Of a stretch of 64,000 nucleotides of DNA, positions 58,584 to 64,000 are shown one piece after another. The stretch lies in the NCBI GenBank assembly GCA_964503085.1, contig CAZCYQ010000002.1, positions 469-64,468 on the forward strand. Direction: 5' to 3'. The number at the start of each line of letters is the position of its first letter. Within the stretch, counting starts at the first letter, position 1. Both the position numbers and the translations under genes were made by a program. Under the pieces are notes generated by a model that worked only from the letters and a program-made list of their open reading frames with translations, searched no databases and was not told the origin of the DNA. The DNA comes from an uncultured Rhodothermaceae bacterium. Lineage in GTDB: Bacteria > Bacteroidota > Rhodothermia > Rhodothermales > Bin80.

Positions 58584-60600
58584 TCTGTGCTTTCTTTAGC
58601 TCCCTAACAAGGCGGTCCAATATTTTCGGGAGTTCACTCCTCGCGGAAACAAATTCCTCATGAGACCAATCTGGTCTCTTGCGTCCGTTTCCAACCTTCT
58701 TTGCGATTTCCTGATTGACCATTATAAGAGCTGCAACGGAGTTGTTGTGTGCCCCAATCTCGGTCTTGAGTTTGCGCGGAATCTCAATTCCTTTGGGTTT
58801 GAGGTCGACGCGGTTAAGCAATACCTTCGCCGTGCGCTTCACTTCCTCATCCAAACGCTTCCTTCCCTCTATCCATTGCCTTGCGGGTATCTGGCTGAAA
58901 GGCTGCGCTGCAGGCACCATACCTGGCCCGAGCGCGTCGGACCGGCTCTTCTGTACGACCTGGTGGGCTAGGCGAGGATCAAGCCCCAGTGACTCCAGCT
59001 TCTTCTCAAGGTCTTGTTGGATGTCGGCGTCTTCAGCAGTAGAAAAGTCTTCCTCGAATAGTTGCTCTACGATTTCGCTTTCAACAACCATGTCCTCGTG
59101 AAGCTTCATCCGAGCGTCACCTCCAAGAACGTGCTTAGGCGGGTCTGGATCCTTTCCCCCCGTGACTTCCTCCCAGAACCTCTGGTCATCGTTCTCGAAG
59201 AGCTTGAAGCGCTTCAAGAGTTCATCTAAGTTCATCCCGGCGTGGGTCACGATGTGACCATAATTGTCAGGATGGGTCGGCTCATTCTGGACCACGACCC
59301 GAAGGATGCGGCCCACGAACTGGATGTAAGGAGCGAGCGAACGGAATGGGCGAAAGATTGCCGCGACACTCAGTTTTGGGTGATCGAATCCCTCCCCAAG
59401 CATCTGGACTTGGACAATGCAGTCGAGGACACCGTTGTAAAGATCCCGTAAGACCTCTTCATTGGCCTTTTCGTCAGCTAGCTTGCCTGGACTGCTATGA
59501 ACAATGGCCGTTTCGTACCCCCGCTCGCTGTAGAGCGACCGAATCTGTCTCGCATGGTTGATCGAGCACGCGACGGCGATGAGTTGGTGCTTAGTCCCGG
59601 TTTGCCGGAGTTGCTCCAGCTTCTCAAGGCTATTGTCTACAATCGAGACATTGCACGGTGTTGAAAGTGCTACACCGCGGCTGAACCATGTCTCTTCCTT
59701 CATCCCGAGAACCTCTTCAAGAGTAAAGGTACACTCCTCTCCATTCATTGTGAAAGTAAGTTCGCTTGGAGCCACGTAGCTGGCCTTCAACCTCTTTACG
59801 TAGCCCTTGATGGTGGCGCTCTTGAACGGGTAGCGAAATATAAGCTCCCCCTCGATTTCCTGCCGGTCGGTTCGGAACGGTGTCGCAGTTAGGTTGACGA
59901 CTTTCGCATCTCGAAATCTTTCGAAGACTCGCTGCCAGCTTGCAGCCGCACTGTGATGTGCCTCGTCGACGATGATAAGGTCAAAGAAGTCTCTCGGGAG
60001 CTTGGGAAGCCACTTATCGGTATTGGTGCCGAGTTGTTGGATATTGGTTACTACGATGTGTGATTTTTCGCACACCGAGAGGTTGCCGGTGTCGAGTGTG
60101 CAGACGAACGGTCCGTGGATCATGTGCTGAGGTTCCAACACGCTTCGCTGCCACCAGAAGCACTGCTGTCTATTAGTGATATCTAGGGTCCGACAAAGTT
60201 CTTCCTTGATCGTAAGGTTCGGTGCGATTACTAAGACACGGCCTTTGGCAATCCCGAACGGAAGGATGGCTGCTACGCCGGACTTTCCACAACCAACGGG
60301 AAGCTGAACCAACGCCTTTTGACCACCACGCCGGAAATAGTCTGCAGCTTGAAGGTAAGCGTCACGCTGAGGCTCTCTGAGGGCCGGATTATCCTGTATG
60401 TGAACCGGTGTGACCTGAAAGAACTCCTCGAGCCGTCGAGCTCCCTGCATCCAGGCTGCGAGTTCCCCGCGATCATACATCCATTTCTTATCGAGGCGTC
60501 TTGCGGGGATGCGCCTCTGCCTAGTAAGCTCGTAAAGCTTTGTGAGCCCAATTCCGAGGTATTCGGCGGCCTGGTCGGTGCCAATCCAACGTTGTTTCAT
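58576..60600 (-). CDS. SF2 DEAD/DEAH-box helicase (ResIII-like) with N-terminal excisionase/MerR-type HTH and a charged C-terminal extension
   Basis: HTH: TDQAAEYLGIGLTKLYELTRQRRIPARRL. Motif I is LPVGCGKSG, motif II IIVDEAHH, motif III NLTATPFR, motif V QVQMLGEGFDHP and motif VI FVGRILR. I prefer the ATG at 60600 (MKQRW) over the TTG start at 60636 used by the track. Confidence 0.85.
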   Translation of the reverse strand: MKQRWIGTDQAAEYLGIGLTKLYELTRQRRIPARRLDKKWMYDRGELAAWMQGARRLEEFFQVTPVHIQDNPALREPQRDAYLQAADYFRRGGQKALVQLPVGCGKSGVAAILPFGIAKGRVLVIAPNLTIKEELCRTLDITNRQQCFWWQRSVLEPQHMIHGPFVCTLDTGNLSVCEKSHIVVTNIQQLGTNTDKWLPKLPRDFFDLIIVDEAHHSAAASWQRVFERFRDAKVVNLTATPFRTDRQEIEGELIFRYPFKSATIKGYVKRLKASYVAPSELTFTMNGEECTFTLEEVLGMKEETWFSRGVALSTPCNVSIVDNSLEKLEQLRQTGTKHQLIAVACSINHARQIRSLYSERGYETAIVHSSPGKLADEKANEEVLRDLYNGVLDCIVQVQMLGEGFDHPKLSVAAIFRPFRSLAPYIQFVGRILRVVVQNEPTHPDNYGHIVTHAGMNLDELLKRFKLFENDDQRFWEEVTGGKDPDPPKHVLGGDARMKLHEDMVVESEIVEQLFEEDFSTAEDADIQQDLEKKLESLGLDPRLAHQVVQKSRSDALGPGMVPAAQPFSQIPARQWIEGRKRLDEEVKRTAKVLLNRVDLKPKGIEIPRKLKTEIGAHNNSVAALIMVNQEIAKKVGNGRKRPDWSHEEFVSARSELPKILDRLVRELKKAQNA

Positions 60601-60606
60601 GATGTA

Positions 60607-60636
60607 ATGATACGAAATGACGGTATACAATGTCAA
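60607..60636 (-). promoter_or_regulatory. sigma70-like promoter directly abutting the helicase ATG
   Basis: The minus strand reads TTGACA (60636-60631), an 18-nt spacer, then TATCAT (60612-60607). The ATG follows at 60600, which would give a leaderless or near-leaderless mRNA. Confidence 0.25.
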
Positions 60637-60709
60637 ATACTGCTCATACTGATATATTGTTCCACGGTCATGACCTCTAAATTGACACTACCTCTCCGAC
60701 AGTCGAGAT

Positions 60710-61872
60710 TCAATTACTAGGCAGCAATTTGCCAATCACCCGATCTGATTGCCGAGTATTCCTGCAAGGAGTGCTGGTCAGAGGTTCTGCCAGAGGTCTA
60801 CAGGGTGTGGGACGACCACATTGAAACTCTGGAGACAGGCATGTTCGTATTCGAGATAGCTCCACGGCGGAGTGGATCCTGTCCTCCAGGGCGAAATCCA
60901 CGAGGAATATACCTCTCTACGTTTTCAGCAACAGTGCCGCATGGACCGGTGACTGGCTGTTGCGCCCAGAATGCTACCTGATTATCGAAGACCAGCAATC
61001 CGGCCAACTCCTACAACAGCCGTCATATCGTCACGAGGATTAACTATGGATGGCAGCAGCAGGCGCTTCGTCTAGGCTAGGCGTAAGTAATTCACGTGCA
61101 ATTTTCATCCGGCGAAGCTCATTCGCGATGCCGTTCTTGTCTATTTTCGGTACTTCCTTGGTATGGATACTACAAATTGATTGGCCAGGATTCCAGCACA
61201 GCACCTAATGCTTTTCGAAGTTACCGCGAAATGCCCAGGCGAGAAATGCGCCGACCTCTATCCAGGTCCGTGCGGAGGACCACTGTGGCACAACAATGAA
61301 CACGGACAAGAAATCCCGTACATTGAAGCGTGACTTGGCAAAGGGCTTGCCCTTACTAATCACCTTGAACAACCGTTTCTCGGCATTCTAGTGGTTGCCC
61401 GATCCAGGAAGACTAAATGGAAGGATCATTCCCAAGAGCAGATCCTGATCCGTATCTTGAACGTGATGCTTAACTGAGTTCAATTTTGGACGGATTGATA
61501 AAGTTAAAGGTTCGAGGCACAGCCAAAGACTATTGATCTTCTCTTGATAACCCGAGCATATGCCCTGCTTCCCCCCGCAACAACACCCGAACGACCATTA
61601 CGATCCGCACAATATTCTCGGCAAAGCCGGTCCACAAACTTGTCAAAACCACACTTGAAGAGCACGGGCTCTATTGCATCGAGATACGTGTTTGAACTGG
61701 AACCGAATTCATGCGAAAAAATAAAGAACTCGCCTTGAGTGCTCTCCGTACGTGTTCCTATTGCCATGGATTTGTACCATATACAATCTGAACACAAGCG
61801 CACTCGTAAAAAATACCCTACCGAGTCTTGAATCCCGACTTTATCCACAGACTGCTTGGTCTGCAAACACAA
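60710..61872 (-). pseudogene. decayed IS1182/IS5-type transposase, copy B
   Basis: Minus-strand fragments lie in different frames: FFIFSHEFGSSSNTYLDAIEPVLFKCGFDKFVDRLCREYCADRNGRSGVV (compare mFsy.sle..vP.dHplR.i...vd..l..f...Y...GRPsipP), LLLGMILPFSLPGSGNH*NAEKRLFKV (compare FlGl.ld..PdhsT.sknR.RL) and FDNQVAFWAQQ (compare vDGTlieAwAS). Multiple stops are present. Confidence 0.6.
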
Positions 61873-61999
61873 GAAAATCCGTTGCGCCAGAGTTCCAGGA
61901 TGGGCTTAAACTCCGGCCGTGCTCAAGACGGGCAGATGTTTTTGACAACCCAGCAGCGGGATTTACTGCACCACCTTCTAACAAAATTCAAGACTCATT

Positions 62000-63373
62000 A
62001 TGTCTCAAGTTAGTCTCGAATACTTAACGGACAGCATTCTTTTGGACCCCTCTGCTCAGAGCAATTTTTACTCAAGCCTTTCAGACATACAGCTCTTGGA
62101 CGAATTGATGGCATACCGGGAACACATCAAGAACAGACGAGAAGAGCTTAACCGCGAGTTGGTTGCCGGTCGCGGCAAACTGGGGGCATATTTTGGCATG
62201 TCTCTGGTGGCCGAGCCAAAGTTTGAACAGTTGATGCGGGCCGCCCTCTACTTCGATCAGTTGCTGGTCAAAGATCCGCTTGTTCCGCATGGCCGAGAAT
62301 CATCTCACGAGAGTGAAATGATGGAACAGTTTATAGGCAGTAAGTACGAAAAACTGGACCGCCAAGCGATAGCGGAAGCAGCATGCTTAATCTCTAGATT
62401 GTTGCCTCTAGTGCGAGGAGATGTCGTGAAGCTTGTCCCTTCCAGTTTGGAGCACGAGCCTCCGAAAGAGGTCAGGTTTACGTATTCACCCGACCTTTTT
62501 TCCGAGCGAGTCCCGGCACCTCTGCTCCCGTGGTTTTACAATCAAGTAGAAGTATTGCCCGTGAGGCGCCGTGCCGATGGAGTGCTAGAACTCTCAAAGG
62601 GATTGGACCTGATGCCGTGCAATGATATCTTAGTTTGCCTGCGCGAACTTAATCAGGAGCATGTTTTTCATTACTTGCCAATTGTTGAGCAAAAAATGTT
62701 ACCAAACGGGGAATTAACGATCCAATTCCAGAAACCAGCCCCGGATCAACGACCAACCCTGGAGGAATTCCAAATCTGGGTAAGGCAGTCGGTCAATCAG
62801 GCTTCAGGCTATGCCTTCCGGCGCATTGCATCAGACCTACGAGTTTCTGCCGCTTGCGACACGATGATGTTCACGGACTCTCAAGGCATTGCTGAGTTCC
62901 TCAGACTGCAGGTTACAGAGCACGGAAGGATCAATGAGGAATTGGCAACGCTTGCCCTACAGTTTGAATTGCCTTTCCTAGACCGTCTCACTGCTGACGA
63001 TCTAATGATAATTCGGCGGCGGCATGGTGAATCATTTGAAGGTTTCCGTTCCGAGCTCCGTCGGCAATTGCGAGAGTTAAGAGGTGTCAGATCACAGAAA
63101 GACCTTCAGCGAGGTCTTGAGAACATACAGCAGGACATAACAGAAGTGCAGATGCGCCGCATCCAGGCACACGCGCGGCAACTCCGAGGTCACCTTTTTC
63201 GTGAAGCCGTCATCGGATTTGCCAGCTTAGCCACTGTAATTGCCTCCCAAGGCGTTTCTCTCGCTTCTCTGTGGTGGGCTGCCGACAAGGCTTGGGAACA
63301 TGGTCTTGAATACGGGGAAATTCGACGGAATCCAGCTTTCTTTGTTTGGCAGCTACAGAAACGTGCGAAATGA
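62000..63373 (+). CDS. hypothetical 457-aa protein with a C-terminal hydrophobic segment
   Basis: Clean ORF starting with ATG. I recognise no catalytic or family motif. The Arg/Glu-rich helical region (RSELRRQLRELRGVRSQKDLQRGLENIQQDITEVQMRRIQAHARQLRG) is followed by AVIGFASLATVIASQGVSLASLWWAA, a putative TM or amphipathic anchor. Confidence 0.6.
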   Translation: MSQVSLEYLTDSILLDPSAQSNFYSSLSDIQLLDELMAYREHIKNRREELNRELVAGRGKLGAYFGMSLVAEPKFEQLMRAALYFDQLLVKDPLVPHGRESSHESEMMEQFIGSKYEKLDRQAIAEAACLISRLLPLVRGDVVKLVPSSLEHEPPKEVRFTYSPDLFSERVPAPLLPWFYNQVEVLPVRRRADGVLELSKGLDLMPCNDILVCLRELNQEHVFHYLPIVEQKMLPNGELTIQFQKPAPDQRPTLEEFQIWVRQSVNQASGYAFRRIASDLRVSAACDTMMFTDSQGIAEFLRLQVTEHGRINEELATLALQFELPFLDRLTADDLMIIRRRHGESFEGFRSELRRQLRELRGVRSQKDLQRGLENIQQDITEVQMRRIQAHARQLRGHLFREAVIGFASLATVIASQGVSLASLWWAADKAWEHGLEYGEIRRNPAFFVWQLQKRAK

Positions 63374-64000
63374 TATTAAGCACTCTTAGATAACTAATCT
63401 GAATTTCCGCGGGTGAATTTGGCGGTGAGTACTGGATGAATTGGGCTGCCGTAAGATTCCGTCCATCCCTGCATTCGGCGCTCTCAGGCACATCCTCTCT
63501 GTAGGGCGTTGACCACAGCACTCCTCGAGTCACATTTCCTCCCTTTGGGCGTAAGGCCCTGGGGGTAGTTGGTTGCTCTCACGTAGTTACCCGCGATAGC
63601 GCGCAACCTAACCTTCGCGCGCTGCCCGTGTACTCCAGAATCAACTGCTTGTCCCCGTCATAATCAAAGATCTTAATATTGATCGCAAACCTTCAACTCA
63701 CTCCGTTGTGCCTCGTGTATTAGACAATGGGATATCCTGGGTCAGGCGTCCCTAGCCGAGTTGGGCAATCAGATGTTCTCGGCACTCGCCGTAGCCCCAT
63801 GATGCCCCGCACATCCCCAGCTTTACACCGAGGTGAGCTGAAATCGACGGACGAGGACTGGAATCTACTCGCGAAGGCAAGTCGTTTTGCCGCGAACGGA
63901 TACTCCGTTTTCTGCGCGACGATAAGTTCATCGATTGGAACGATCTCATCGTGGATCTTTCTACCGAGAGTCCGGCCCACCCGACCTCGGCTCTATGTCG

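Noticed and set aside
63210-63533. 107-aa minus-strand ORF
   Set aside because: More than half of it is antisense to the well-formed 457-aa gene, and the remainder has no motif support.

Overview
The window looks like a chromosomal segment from a Bacteroidota-type lineage (Rhodothermales/Balneolales-like). This is inferred from the SusC/SusD pair, a GLPGLI-family protein, the ileS-dksA-lspA arrangement and a Bacteroidetes-style CcmD. I saw no rRNA, tRNA or CRISPR array by eye.

Bases 1-30.5 kb are densely packed housekeeping and transport genes:
- alaS, truncated at the left edge and absent from the ORF track
- a DUF4097 repeat protein
- an RND pump with its adaptor
- a glycerate kinase / YyaL / thiolase operon
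- NIPSNAP, amidohydrolase and DinB genes
- tctCBA
- an orphan STAS protein
- ileS-dksA-lspA
- PNP and YggS
- a ybbA/ybbP-like ABC pair divergent from a tesA-like gene

Bases 30.7-47.7 kb form one co-directional cluster of eight genes with almost no gaps. In order it is SusC, SusD, a small lipoprotein, two ~1200-aa FG-GAP/VCBS+ASPIC lipoproteins, a TPR-CRTAC1-like lipoprotein, a GWxTD-like protein and an MGMT-domain protein. It has no recognisable glycoside hydrolase or regulator.

Bases 47.9-52 kb carry an SPFH protein, murB and ccmBCDE. The CcmE has CxxxY in place of the canonical heme-binding HxxxY.

Bases 52-64 kb are accessory-like:
- a TonB-dependent barrel and a GLPGLI protein, separated by a possible transposase relic
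- a Cys-rich secreted protein
- two decayed IS1182/IS5-like transposase pseudogenes that bracket an HTH-fused SF2 helicase translationally coupled to a 79-aa zinc-ribbon protein
- an unrecognisable 457-aa protein
- an unresolved right edge

The helicase/zinc-ribbon module, together with the orphan 457-aa gene, and the CAZyme-less SusCD-VCBS cluster are my best candidates for uncharacterised systems. All functional calls come from motif-level reading of the translations. No database search was run.
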